Assembly: GCA_013239625.1 (NCBI GenBank)
Contig: MU053472.1
Coordinates: 310,001 to 374,000 of the forward strand
DNA length: 64,000 nt
Direction: 5' to 3'
Source: Lama guanicoe
Lineage: Eukaryota
Both the position numbers and the translations under genes were made by a program. The notes beneath the pieces were generated by a model. That model saw only the letters and a program-made list of their open reading frames with translations. It did no database searches and was not told where the DNA came from. This document shows positions 12,276 to 24,543 of this stretch, piece after piece. Every line of letters starts with the position of its first letter. Position 1 is the first letter of the stretch.

Positions 12276-13050
12276 CTTCTTATTGTGTTAGTCCCAGCTT
12301 CCAAGGTGCTAAAAAATGACTTGTGTCTTCCCATGAAGACTCCCTGAAACTATTCCCATCAAAAGGAGGCTGCGTTACTTTTCTCCAGAGACGTTCCAGG
12401 ATGCAGCAGTGATGCTTGAGCTAAAGAAAGCAGAGTACACGGCCGTAACCTCCAAATCTTAATATTTCTTTAAGGGGAAGTTACACCAGCAAACTTTTAC
12501 GTTTCTCTTTCCCTTTGATGTTCCATTTATCCATGGACTAAAACTCCCCCTTGTGGTAAAAAGCGTTATCTCCTCTGGGCACAGACTGAAGGAACTGTTT
12601 TCTCTCAAGAGCTAAAAATCACCTATTTTAGTGATTTAAGTGAATTGTTATCTTAAGCTTTTATCTCATGGTTGTGGGTTGAAGCTCCATGGGTTGGTAA
12701 CAAAGACTCAATCCTGAAAAACAGAATGAATCCACTTTTGTCATATAAAATCTACCAGAAGAGAGAGGAGTGTTTTTCTCTTGACCTCTAGTCATTTGGA
12801 AATCATGCAGGCTCTGTGATTTCACTGTTACCCTTAGTATAATCATTCTTTCCTTCCTTTCAGTGTGAAATAAGCAGTGAATTTCAGGCTACTTACTTCC
12901 CACTGCTCTGGCGTATCAGGAGAACAGTTTATTTTTAATAATGAGAGCATTTTAGTCATCTCGTCAGTCTACACAGCACTTGAGCCAGGGTCTTCATCAC
13001 GTCTCTGCGTGGCTGTTTAGAGTTGACAGAAGGTGGGTGTGGTAGGTGGA

Positions 13051-13535
13051 TATGGTCGACAGAATAATGCCCTCCCCCCAGAGATGTCCACGTCCTGGTC
13101 CTGAGAGCCCCTGAACGCTTTACCTTATATGGTAAAAGGGACTTGGCAGATGTGATGAAGTTAAGGGTTTCCGGATGGGAAACTTATTCTGGATTATCTG
13201 AGTGGGCCCAGAGTCATGGCAGGGATCCTTAGAAGAGGAAGGCAGGAGAGGAAGAGGAGAAAGAGCAATGTGACAGTCGAAGCAGAGAGGCAAAGGTTGG
13301 CCGATGCTCCACTCTTGGCTTTGAAGATGGAACCATGATCCGAGAAGTGTGCTGGCAGTCTCCAGAAACTGGAAAAGGCAAAGCAGCAGACTCTCCCCTA
13401 GAATTTCCATAAGGAACGCAGTGTTGCCAACCCACTTTAGACTTGTGACGTCCTGAACTATAAGAGAATAAATTTATCTTGTTTTAAGCCACTAAATTTG
13501 TGCTAATTTGTTACAGCAGCAATAGGAAAAATTAC
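13051..13535 (+). mobile_element. MLT1 (MLT1D-like) ERVL-MaLR solo LTR
   Basis: cagaataatgcc...gatgtccacgtcct...ggtaaaagggacttggcagatgtgat...tgttttaagccactaaatttgtgctaatttgttacagcagcaatagg. Confidence 0.85.
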
Positions 13536-13625
13536 AAAAAAAAAAATAGTAACCAGGAGTGGTTACACTGTAACCAAAACCAAAGGTATAGAATTGCCTG
13601 TGGGACCTGTGTCTAGATCACTCTT

Positions 13626-14030
13626 TATATCAGTCAGGTTAGGTTATGCTGTGGTGACAAATACCACCCTCCCCTCCTTCTTAGCAGTGCAAAACAGCAA
13701 AGCTTTATTTCTAGCTTCTGGTGCATCACCATCTCAAGTCGGAGGGTCTCCGTGCCATGTCCTTCTTACTCAGGGACCTGGGTTGACAGAGCCTCCATTG
13801 TGTGGAACATGGTTGGTCAGCACGGGAGGATCAAGGGGACATGACAAATAGTGCATTGGTCTTAAGTGCTTCCTTCCAGAAGTGACATATGACTTACCCT
13901 CCCAGGCTGTTACAGCATGGCAAGTTACTCAGCCGTGCCTGATTCAGAGGGACAGGGGAGGCCCGTCCTGCTGCTTGTCTGGAAGGAGGAGAGGAGGGCT
14001 GTTGGTGAAGAACACTAATTACTACCAGAC
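13626..14030 (-). mobile_element. Old MLT1 (J/K-like) LTR
   Basis: tatatcagtcaggttaggttatgctgtggtgacaaa terminus, typical of late MLT1 families. Confidence 0.6.
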
Positions 14031-15572
14031 TCTTCTTCCTTAGTAATGATTGTCTTGGATGCCGTGTTAGTAGCTTATCACTGGCTGAAGATTCAGGATT
14101 TCGTATCCCAGTCTGACTCTCAGACTTGTCAGCGTACGCAGGTCACGGATAATAGAACTTTTTTATCTTTACTAAATGTGTGACATACTTGCCAGTTAAA
14201 GCAGGCGATACCCTATTTAAGGTGGCCTGTGGAGGGCATACCTTCTTCTAGAATTAGGGCGATTTGATTGGTGTCGCACTGTTACTGTGTACTACAGTAA
14301 TCCCCCAACTAATAGAAGTGCATTTATAAAGGTTAATTTTGTCATTTGAAAGATTAATTTGACTACAGGGTAAGTTATTCAGAGCCTTATGATTTTTACT
14401 GGAGATTACAATATGACCTTTTCGTTTGCTTCTTTTATTCCTTTGTTAAATAGGTATTCAAGATTTTTTTACTAACTTGGTTGATTTCAAGATTCAGTTT
14501 CTCCAGATTCTAATTATTTCTCAAATAGTCCTTATTCAGTAACATGGTAAATGTCTATAATGTAGATTACAGACATGCTACTATGTTTTTAACCTCTTCA
14601 AAAAGCTTGTTAGATTTTATTTGCCAAGGTGAATAACTGTGATAATCATTTTAGAGTGTTTTATCCTTTCCAGAGCACTTTTTATGTATCTATGAGGGTC
14701 CTAACACCCACTGAGGGAGAAAGGGGGGGGCAAGTGAAATTGTTACCATTTTACAAAGAACAGAATTGGACAGCAAACCATAGTGTGCCACTGGCTTCCA
14801 GATTTGATCAAATGGCCATCATTGCACTGGGGGAAAAACAAAACAAAACAAAACAAAAAACCTCTGTCTTTGCTAAGGCCATGTAGGTTCACCTAGATCA
14901 CAGCCATCTTTCACCCAGTTGAAACATCCACCTCCCTTTTTCTTCTTTGAAAAGTGTGATCTGAATGGATTCAGCCCAGGTTGGTTCAGGAGAGGTTTGT
15001 GGAGCCTAGCAAGTGATTTATTATTTCAAATTAGTAAGGCATGGGGAAATAGCATATGTAATCTACACTTTTTTTCTAAGGAGAAGTCCCCCCACCGCCC
15101 CGGGAAAGGATAATAACAGTTTTGCAAATACAGGGACAGTATTGTAACTCCTCAGTGGTTCAGCTTAAAGTAACTATAGAAAATGTAACTATCACTTTGG
15201 CAGGAGTTTGCCATCATGCTGGTCACCACAGTATTCACGAGGAAAAACCAGCCAACACGCCAGGCTCCCAGGTCCTTGGCTGTCTGTATACAAGACCCTT
15301 GTCTCCTTTCCACTTAAGACACCCACTTGCATAATCACACTGGACTGTGTTATCACATCACACTGCAGTGCCTGGGCAGTCATAAACTCTGCCATCTTTC
15401 TGTGTCCAACTTGGTATCTCTAGAACTTTTCTCACACTTGCCTTACACTTCTCTTGTTTTTGGCTCTCAGCACAGGACAGTTGACCCTTTTACTGTCCTG
15501 TATACTCCGTTCCATCTTTACTTCCTTTCCCACCTGTTCAGTCCTTAGCAATTGAGGCTATTGATGTCTGTC

Positions 15573-15671
15573 CTAGGACAACCACCTGTCCCAATTTGCT
15601 CAGGACCGAGGCATTTCCTTAGCGCTAACACAGGAACAGTTTTGTACAAACCAGGAAAGCTGGTCACCCTG
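15573..15671. mobile_element. MER81-like hAT-Blackjack MITE
   Basis: imperfect inverted termini taggacaacca...tggtcaccct; about 100 bp. Confidence 0.6.
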
Positions 15672-15699
15672 GTCTACTCTGTCCATACATGGAAATACT

Positions 15700-16320
15700 A
15701 CATGGTGGTGCTGCAGGCATCTCTCTCTAACTCATGTCCAGTGACATCACATTGGTAGTTCGAAATCAACCATGGTGGCAGTTTTTAGACATGGAAATCA
15801 ACAAACACTACAAAGCCGGGCTCGACTTGTTTTGTTGATTATCTAGCCTTAGGATGGCAGAGAAAATGTTAATAATGCACATTAAACTTAAAAGTATGCT
15901 GTTTGTAGCCATTATATTGTGAATAGAACAAGAAGTTGAGGAAAGATTCTCCAGTATTCGAGAACTATTATCTGATCCAGCAAAGAAGTCACTCATGTAT
16001 TTGACAGATGAGTGAAGTTCTGAAATTTGTCTGTGTGGTTTCACTCTGGCCTTAGTCCTTCACTTGAAAACATCATTCACGTCAAAATTAACACTCCTTC
16101 AGGAAAGCAGGGACAGCGTGACTGTGGATCTAAGAGTTGGGCAAAAATCAAAGGAAGAACAAGAGACTGAGTGGAATTTGAAGTAAAGATGACTGTATAT
16201 TTTATTTGTAAATTGTGTGCTGCATAGTAAAATTTATAGTAAACTTATGTATGTGGGTTTGTATATATATGTGTATGCATGTATATATATGTGTGTGCAT
16301 ACTTCTAACTTTTTGGAAAG
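15700..16320. mobile_element. MER63-like hAT-Blackjack DNA element
   Basis: recalled similarity (catggaaatcaacaaacactacaaa...gacttgttttgttgatt). Confidence 0.5.
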
Positions 16321-16470
16321 TCAGTTCTTAATGGTGGGGGAGGGGAGCAACTTTGCCCCCAAATTGGCCAAGGAGCCTCAGAATATCCTATAATGCGGAC
16401 AACAGGCCCCTTAACAAAGAACTGTCCAGCTTAAAATGTCAGTGGTGCCAAGTTTGAGAAACTCTGCTCT
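16321..16470. mobile_element. MER20-like hAT-Charlie fragment
   Basis: atcctataatgcggacaacaggcccc...aacaaagaactgtccagcttaaaatgtcagtggtgccaagtttgagaaactctg. Confidence 0.65.
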
Positions 16471-16599
16471 AGGGCACACGTAAGGAAAATCAGGTCAGGT
16501 ATGTCTTTTTTCACCTTAAGAATCCAAAATGGTTTTTTTTTTCCTTTTTTTTTTTTGGCTCATTCTTTTGGTTGTTTTTGTTTTGCTTTGTTATTCAAA

Positions 16600-17170
16600 T
16601 GTTTTTCTTAGTTGAGGAATAACTTATATACAGTGAAATGCACAGATCTTAAATAGTCGTATAACAGTCCAGTATAGTTGGGTCAGTTTTGACAAATGCA
16701 TACAACCACTAACCCACACCCCATCAACATGGGGAGTGTTTTCATCACCCCCTAAAGTTCCATTTTGCTGCTTCCCAGTCAGTCCCCTGATCTGATTCCA
16801 AAAACAACCATGGATCCATTTTCTGTAGCTTGCTGTCACCATAGATTTGCCTGTTCTACAACTTAACATACATGAAATTACGTGGTATGTATGTTCTTGT
16901 GTCAGCTTCGTTTACTTAGCATGTTTTAAAAATTTATCTTGTGTATATCAGGTTGATCCCTTTTCTCACTGAGCAAATATTCCAATACTATGATTTTTTA
17001 ATCCACTTATTTACAGATGGATGCTGTTTCCAGTTTTAGATAATATGAACAGAGCTGCTGTGAACACTTCTTGTACAAAGACTTTTGTTAACATGTTTTC
17101 ATTTCTCTTGGATAAATATGTAGGAAATTACAAGATTGTATCATGTACATGTTAACTTTAAGAAATTAAC
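16600..17170 (-). mobile_element. Old L1M 3' fragment
   Basis: atacagtgaaatgcacagatcttaa...agttttgacaaatgcatac...ttttcatttctcttggataaatat. Confidence 0.75.
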
Positions 17171-17190
17171 AGCTGTCAATCACTGGGCTT

Positions 17191-17721
17191 TTTTTTCTAA
17201 GCACAGTCAGTTTACAATGTTGCGTCAATTTATGGTGTACAACGTAATGTTTTAGTCATACAAATACATATATTTGTTTTCATATTCTTTTTCGTTATAG
17301 GTTACTATAAGATAACTGAGTATAGTTCCCTGTGCCAAATGGTATAAATTTATCTATGTATATATATAGTAGTTAGTATCTCAAATCTCAAACTCCTAAT
17401 TTTTCCCTTCTCACTTCTTTTCCCCCTAGTAACCATAAGTTTGTTTTCTATGTCTGTGAGTCTATCTCTGTTTTGTAAATAAGTTAACTTTTTTTTTTTT
17501 TAGGTTCTGCATATGAGTGATATCATATGGTATTTTTCTTTCTCTTTCTGGCTTCACTTAGAATTACAATCTTCAGGTCCATCCATGTTGCTCCAGATGG
17601 CATTATTTTATTATTTTTATGGCTGAGTAGTATTCCATTGTATAAATATACCACAACTTCTTTATCCAGTCATCTGTCAGTGGACATTTAGGTTGTTTCC
17701 ATGTCTTGGCTGTTATAAATA
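17191..17721 (-). mobile_element. Younger L1 3' end insertion
   Basis: ggtccatccatgttgc...tttatggctgagtagtattccattg...ggacatttaggttgtttccatgtcttggct; candidate TSD tcactgggcttt / tcattgagcttt. Confidence 0.85.
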
Positions 17722-18921
17722 TCATTGAGCTTTTAATCATTGGGCTACACATTCTGCATAAATTGGTTGTGAGGAATAAATTAAATGATGCATGTGAAGA
17801 GCTTAGTGTAGTGCTTAGCACAGGTGAGGACTCGACCTGTTAGCTGTTGTTATATTTACTCTCTCTAGCAAATAACGTCCACACCTCTCACTGTTGAGCA
17901 CCGGGCCTGTATGGCCCTCTGCCTGTCACGTCAGAACCTGGCTGTCCCACGGGCAGCTCCAGGGCAGCTTGAACCACACCGGGCTCCTCTGCTCCGTCTC
18001 CGCGCAGACTTGTTCTCCGTCACCTGCCCCGTCAGAGTGAATCCTCCCGGAAGCCCAGTCCACCCCACTCCTCGTGCATCTCACAGACACCCCCCTCCCA
18101 GGCCTGTCGATTCTCCTGCCCTCCCCACTGCTGCTCCCTTCGTTCTGACCTTCAGTGTCTGCCCCCTGGATCGCTACAGCGGCCTTGTGACGGAGGCCTG
18201 TACCTTGAGGACTTTCACCCCCAACTCACTGCCTTTCTGCAGCCAGAGGGGTGTGTCCACAGTACAGACCTGATCCGTCATCCTCCAATGAGGACCGTGA
18301 AGGGCTTCCCCGGATAAAGCCTCCACCCCACATACTCCTCCCGAGGCCTTCGTGCTCCAGTCTCACCTCCTACCTCCTTCCGTGAGCTTGGCCCCTGGCA
18401 CCCTGGACTTCTTCCCAGACCTGATCTGCATAGGGGCCCTTGCCTGCACTGCTTGTTCTGCGCAGAAGAAACACCCCGCCTTCCCTCCTTCGTGCCTCCA
18501 TCCCCTCACCTGGCACATCCCCAGCAGGACTCAGCCGGAGGTTCCTAAGTTCCTGGAAGCCTTCTCTGCCATCGGGCTCCTTCCCCTGGGGTCGGGGTCA
18601 GTGCCCCCCGTCTCCGCCTTTGTTCTGGCCCTCGGGACTTCCCTCGTGTGGCTCTCGTGGCACCGTGTTGCCTGAGCCCCGACTCGCCCTCACCCTGGAC
18701 TGCGTTCTCAGAGGACAGGGACCATTTTTCCCTCATCCTAACATCCGTAGCAGCTGGAACACAGCAAGTACTCAGTAAACGTTTGGGAAACTGAATAATT
18801 ATACTGGTGGTGGTCAAGAGTTTACTGAAGTCACGGCTGGACTTATGGGACAAGGGATTGGGGATGAAGCCAGCAGCATCTGGAGTTGCTAGGTTCTCAC
18901 CCATTTGTCTTGTTCTCACAG

Positions 18922-19032
18922 CCTGATGAAAATTCACTGGATTTTTCCTCCTGTATGCTACGGCCTGGGATTAAAAATGCTCAAGAACTTGCTTGCGGGG
19001 TGTGCCTTTTAAATGTGGACTCCAGGAGCCGG
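18922..19032 (+). CDS. SYNRG: Synergin gamma coding exon (PDENSLDFSSCMLRPGIKNAQELACGVCLLNVDSRSR)
   Basis: ttctcacag|CCTGAT...AGCCGG|gtaagt; 111 nt, phase 0-0; also visible in ORF 18886..19140. Confidence 0.95.
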
Positions 19033-19367
19033 GTAAGTCACCCGCCTTCCTCCTGCGGCAAAGAGCTTCCCTCCCCCCCAGGCCCCAGCCCGCTTCACTG
19101 CAGGTCCATGACCAGTGGCGGGGAGTTTATAAAGCTCTGAAATCTGAGCACAAGAGCAGATACCTTCTTTCAAAAGGGCAGGAGGGGAAGCTGCTGAGGG
19201 GATGGATGGTTCGCCCTTTTCTGAGGAACGGGCTTGTCTGCGTGGTGCCTGCGGCACCTGTGCAGTGGGTGGCGAAGGGAAAAGGTTCCACCTGCAAGGA
19301 CTTGTTCGGAGGCAAGAGGTCTGGTTCTGGGAATTCTGTTGACCTTATGGTTTCAACGTTATTTCAG

Positions 19368-19403
19368 AAAGAAGAGAAGCCTGCAGAAGAACATCCTAAA
19401 AAA
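19368..19403 (+). CDS. SYNRG: Synergin gamma 36-nt cassette exon (KEEKPAEEHPKK)
   Basis: ttatttcag|AAAGAA...AAAAAA|gtatga; symmetric phase 0-0; peptide matches the recalled long isoform. Confidence 0.88.
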
Positions 19404-20411
19404 GTATGAACCAGTTACACATTATCTTAGCGTCTCCATCTTAATTTTGAGTGTGGAAGGCAAATTCAGTGGTGCCACTGCCATCCTGAGCTGTCCCAAC
19501 CATGACTCTTTGCTGAATCATTTTTGTCCCCATAGTGCTTGATTCAATCAACTAACGTGTCTGTGTGGGTCCACTTCCGTCTTGTCTGCATGCTCGTCTC
19601 TCACAATTGGCTTCTGGTGTCGTGGCGGCTTTTCTCTGTGAGGGACACAGGATAACAGAGTGAGCAACTTCTGGAAGACGAAGTTGCAGTGACACACAGA
19701 ATGAGAGCAAAGAGCTTCAGGATTTGGCTGTTAGCAGACAAAACCCAATCGGTTGGGTTTTAGAGTTTTACTTATTTGCTTACTTGTAGTGCTGTGGAAA
19801 ACACCCCCAGAAGTGACTGAAGTTCGGACTGGTTGGCGGTAACTTCCCCTATAAGCATTACTCATGTGGAAATAATTCTCATGTGTTTCATGTCTTTTTT
19901 TTTTAACAAATCTTATACCTATGGACTTTATGATTCAGTTATTAGCACCCAGTGTCTTTAGACCTTCAGGGTTTTTTTAATCTTTTCTTTTCTTTCCTGA
20001 TAAGACTGGTTAGCCTCAGAAATTTAAGGAATTACATGTTACAGTCCGATGCCAGCTTCAGGGAAGGGCTCCCTTCCTCACAAAGAGAGAGAAAAGTTAT
20101 CCACAGCCCTTCTATTTTAGTTCCCCCATCATGACCCCTGCCAACCCCCACAGCATCGGCCTGTCTTTTCTAGGAAAGATTTGGCCTCCTTTTGCTGAAA
20201 CTGGGTTTAACAGTAAAGATTTTGTTATGCCTTTAATTAGCAGCGAGAAAGTTTCTCGCTTGAATTCCTGGAGCCACCTGCTCGGCTTTTCTGTGTGTGT
20301 GCCAGTTTGGCCTCAGCCTCTGTGACCAGGAGGGGGTCCGTGCTGGCTGCTGGCAGATCCCGGCCGCAGAGGAAGCCTGACTCGCCCCGCGTGTCTGTTT
20401 ATTTCCGGCAG

Positions 20412-20543
20412 GCGTTCAACTCAGAGACAGACAGTTTCAAGCTGGCATATGGAGGACACCAGTATCACGCCAGCTGTGCCAACTTCTGGATCAACTGTGT
20501 TGAACCGAAACCTCCTGGCCTCATCCTGCCTGATTTGCTCTGA
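20412..20543 (+). CDS. SYNRG: Synergin gamma last coding exon (AFNSETDSFKLAYGGHQYHASCANFWINCVEPKPPGLILPDLL*)
   Basis: tttccggcag|GCGTTC...CTC TGA; matches the recalled SYNRG C-terminus. Confidence 0.95.
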   Translation, partial: AFNSETDSFKLAYGGHQYHASCANFWINCVEPKPPGLILPDLL

Positions 20544-23147
20544 AATCTCCTGAAAGCTCCTCCGTGAAGTACCAGCTGGGGTCTTTTTTCCATCACACCC
20601 CCTTGGGGTGACAGGGACCAAGAGACAGAATGCGAGTGCTACAGAGTTAACCCCCACCCACCTCCATGAAAAAGTCCTCAAGAGGTAAGGGGAGTGCTGC
20701 CAAGCTCCCAGGCGGTCCTACGGACGGCCTTTGTCCCCAGGTTCCCACTGCCGGTCTGTGGGATCCGAGGTCGAGGTGCCCCGCCCACACTGCATGTGTC
20801 GCCGCAAGTTTGCCACCTTATCTCTAGTCCTCCTAAGGTGTTTTAAAATGTGGACCACAATTTTCTTTAAGGAATAATTTGCTGCTGTGGTATTGAAACT
20901 GTGAAGAATTGACATTTGGAGAAAAATAAATAATTGTTGTAGGACTGGAGTTGGTTAGAATGGTTTGAGCCAGTGTCTGTTTCTGTCCGGAACACTTCCT
21001 GTCCTGTGAAGGAGAGAGCATTTATCCACACTTAGTTTGTTAATATCTGAAGTGAATAAAAATGGGAAAGTGTGATTAAACTGATATTCTTTCATAGAAG
21101 AAACTCTGCTTCTCTCCATTGGACAATGGCAAGTAGGTGAGGGCAGACTGACTAACTTGACTGTCCCAACTGAACCAGGTAGCTACTCCGTTCATTCATT
21201 TCCAAGACTGTCAGCTTTCAAGAAGACTTTCTCAAAACATGCCTGAAACTTTGCAGTGGAGAAGAATGTTTGACAGAGGCCCGGATCATGGTGTATCAGG
21301 ATAAATACCCTTCCGCTAGCCTTCACTGAAAGCCTTGGTTTACCTCACACACAGACTGTGAACGTAGTATTTTTCTCAGACGAGATTTGGAAAGGCAGCT
21401 GAATGAAACCTTTTTGCAGAGGCCTCTGTCCAGATTTCCAGAAATGACTGCCCAGGGGCCAGTACTGCAGCATCTCTGTGAAAGACCTGAAAATTAAATC
21501 TGGGTTAGAAGGTGGAGCTCCCAGCCAAGCAAGGAGAAAAAGCAGGAGGTGTGTCTGTGGTGAGGCACATCACTTAGAAGCAGTGGCAGCAAGTTGTTCA
21601 AAAACAGCCCCGGATTTTAGAAGGAAAAGGCTCATGCTGTCTGGTTTAGGGTATTTTCTTTGCCACTTAAATTGAATGTATAAAATCGGGGGGGAAAGCC
21701 CAGTGGTTAAGGACTGCGTTATTCCTGAGAAGAACATGCCCGTCTGGGACACTTCTCTGAATTGTTAATTACGGGCTTTATGAAGGGATTTTGAATCTTG
21801 TGTGTTTCACTTGGTCTGTGGCTTAAGCTCTCTGACCCAGACTTAGTTTTTCTTTGTAAACTGGGAAGGTTGGTTTTGTCCCTGCAGTTGCTGCTTTACA
21901 TAATTTACTAGATCATTTTCCCTTCTCAGGACAAAACTTGAAGAAATTCTCTTTTGTTCCATTTTACGCCTTTTCCTTCAGTCCTCTCCAAGAAAGGTAG
22001 AGAGCATTGTCATTAAAGAGCTACTGAGGCTTCTGCTTTGCCCTGCTGGGCGCCAGAAGGCACAGGGAAGAGCTGATGAGGTAACTCTGTTTTTCTCATT
22101 TGCTTCAGACAATACCATCTCTGGAGATGGCGAGTAATGCCTGAGACTGCAGTCTCTGAATCGTCACCTTCAAGGCCTCGGCCCCACAGGGCTGGTGGGC
22201 ATTAGTAACGGCAGCGTGGGCCGGTTTCCAGCAGGCTTTGCCTGAGGCCTCTGTGCTCCCCGTCAGCCTGATCAGGACCTAGGGTTTCAACCTGGCACCA
22301 GAATTCAAGCAGCTTTCTAATCGGTCTTGTGCATTCCACCTTTGTGACAGAAAAGCATCCCAGTTTGACAGAATTTATACTGCAGAGACATTTTTGGGAA
22401 ACGCCACATGGACTGTTCTGTCACAGTGGTCCGTATCAGTGACATTTTTAAAAGTATGCACACCTGTTAACTAGATTGGTTCCCGTTTCTAGATATATTC
22501 CAGAATGCCTCAGATAAGATTCCTAAGTCTTAATCACTGCTGACCTTACCAAGTATGACAGGTTTAGTCACTCCCTGGGCGGTACAAGGGGAAGGTACAG
22601 CTGGCATCAGCAAACAGCCTTTGCTAGAAAAAACTCACTACTTGCAGTATCTGATTCGTGGTGAAAATGTTTTATTAGATCCACCAATAAAGATTTGGGC
22701 AATTGGAATACCATTGCATTGATTTTCTTTCTTTATGCAGGTTTATGAAAATGATTCAACATTGCTTTCAGCTTCACCTCAGCTCTTGTTAGCCAGGAGC
22801 CCAGTGTCCTTGGAAACAGTAACCAAGGTTACGTACTTCCGCAGCGTGCGCTGTGCGGGCTGCTTCACCCCACTGCTGAGTGCCAATTAACAAGCACTTT
22901 CTTGGTATTGTATTTTACCTTTGGTTTTTTTTGTGGCTTAGTGTATAGTTTTTGTCTGGACATGCTTGAGGTAGAAGAGGCACAGGGTATATTAGGATAT
23001 TATACATGCTTTATTTTTTCTGTGGCTACCAGTTAGCACTCCATATAGGTTGCGTATTTTAAATTTTTTGAATGTATTTTGTGTGCATACACATAATTTT
23101 TATTTATTTACAGATGCCTTCTATTTGCCTTTGATTTCATGACTCTT

Positions 23148-23280
23148 GTTTTTTTTTAGTTTTTTTGAGGAGGGTAGTAATTAGGTTTATTAATTGTTTA
23201 TTTAATGGAGGTACCGGGGATTGAACCCAGAACCTCGTACATGCTAAGCACACGCCCTACCACTGAGCTGTCCCCTCCCC
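23148..23280 (-). mobile_element. tRNA-derived SINE (camelid Vic-1-like)
   Basis: gggattgaacccagaacctcgtacatgctaagcacacgccctaccactgagctgtcccctcc; T-rich tail; closely similar to the copy at 32897-33043. Confidence 0.88.
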
Positions 23281-24473
23281 TGACTAGTGTGTTCTTAAGC
23301 TTTGGAAAGATTGTAGGGCCTTTAAGTTATGGAAATCTGAAATGCCTGTTCTGTGCTGGGGATCACTACAAAAATTCCCCGAACACCTTCAAGGTCACAC
23401 GCCTTCCTCTGTGACCAGCTAACAGACTCTGACATTTAGATTAGAAAGGTATTAGGCTTCCCAAGTGCTAAGCAGGCTCTTAGTTACGTCCCAGTAGTGG
23501 TGTCTGCCAGGAGTTCTGCAGGAACATTTTCTTAATTACCATGAACAGCTGTTACCAGGCGTTTTCTCACTGTAGTGCAGTGGTGACTTTTACATGTAGC
23601 CAGAGACGACCAGACTTGCATTAACTTCTTACTATAGAAGCCATAGAAAAACTGATTTTTGATCATGCGCTGATGAGGCTTTTTTGGATTGATCTGATTT
23701 CCCATAGAAACTATTAATTCCATTTTAATTTTCTTCTTTTGACAGTAATGTGCATGTTTATAAAAATGAGCAAATTGTGTAAAATAAGGAAAGGTAAAAT
23801 TTAGAGGGACACCACTGCCACAGACCAGGTAAAATCTGGAAAATATAATTTATGTAAACAGGCAGCTGCTGGCATTGTATGTGGAACTTCTTGCCAAAAC
23901 GGGCCCCAAAACTAGGAAATTATTCCACGGATAAGCAAGCTACCTGGCAAGTGAAGTAAACAAAGTCGTGCTAGGACACGTGGCCCCCTATAAAAGTAGG
24001 GGGCAAGCTGGGAACGCCCGTGCTTTCCCAGGAGGACGGGAAGAGAGGAGCCAGCAGGAGCTTCCGCCGCGTCCCTGATGCGTTGCGTTGTCAGATTTGT
24101 TAGGAGCAGTGATGTTTCCAAGTTTCAACAAAGGAAGCCATTGTTATCTGCTTATCTTTTGTTTTGCAGTTTGGTCTGGGGCATTTCTAAGTACGTCAGT
24201 TGTCAAGCAAAGGGAACACCTTTGGTTGAAAACCAGTTTCTTTTGCTAGAGGACTCACTGCTTTTGTGCATCCCAGTTACCAGGAGACAACTGAAAACAG
24301 CCCCTTGGCGTGTACACTGTGCTCTTCCCCACTGTTCCAGCTTTGGGTGTGATGTTAACATGTGCTGTGGAACGCTGACGTGATGCGCCCGGGGTGTCTA
24401 TTTTCAGGAGTGTTAACAGTTGTCACAGGAGCCACATTTTGAGTTACTGGAGAGCATCTTTCTTCCCTTATCA

Positions 24474-24497
24474 ACACACACACACACACACACACAC
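24474..24497. repeat. (AC)12 microsatellite
   Basis: read directly from the sequence. Confidence 0.9.
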
Positions 24498-24543
24498 CCT
24501 GAAATTCGCAACAGTAAAAATTCCAGTATGTTAAGCAGATATA

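Noticed and set aside
17911..18780. Cluster of 100-130 aa Pro/Ser/Leu-rich ORFs in a SYNRG intron
   Set aside because: C-rich sequence, probably a decayed L2-like element; no splice-consistent exon, and SYNRG splices in frame without it
22075..22110. Adjacent donor-like GAG|gtaact and acceptor-like tttgcttcag in the SYNRG 3' region
   Set aside because: Only about 28 nt apart, too short for an intron, and no supported partner sites
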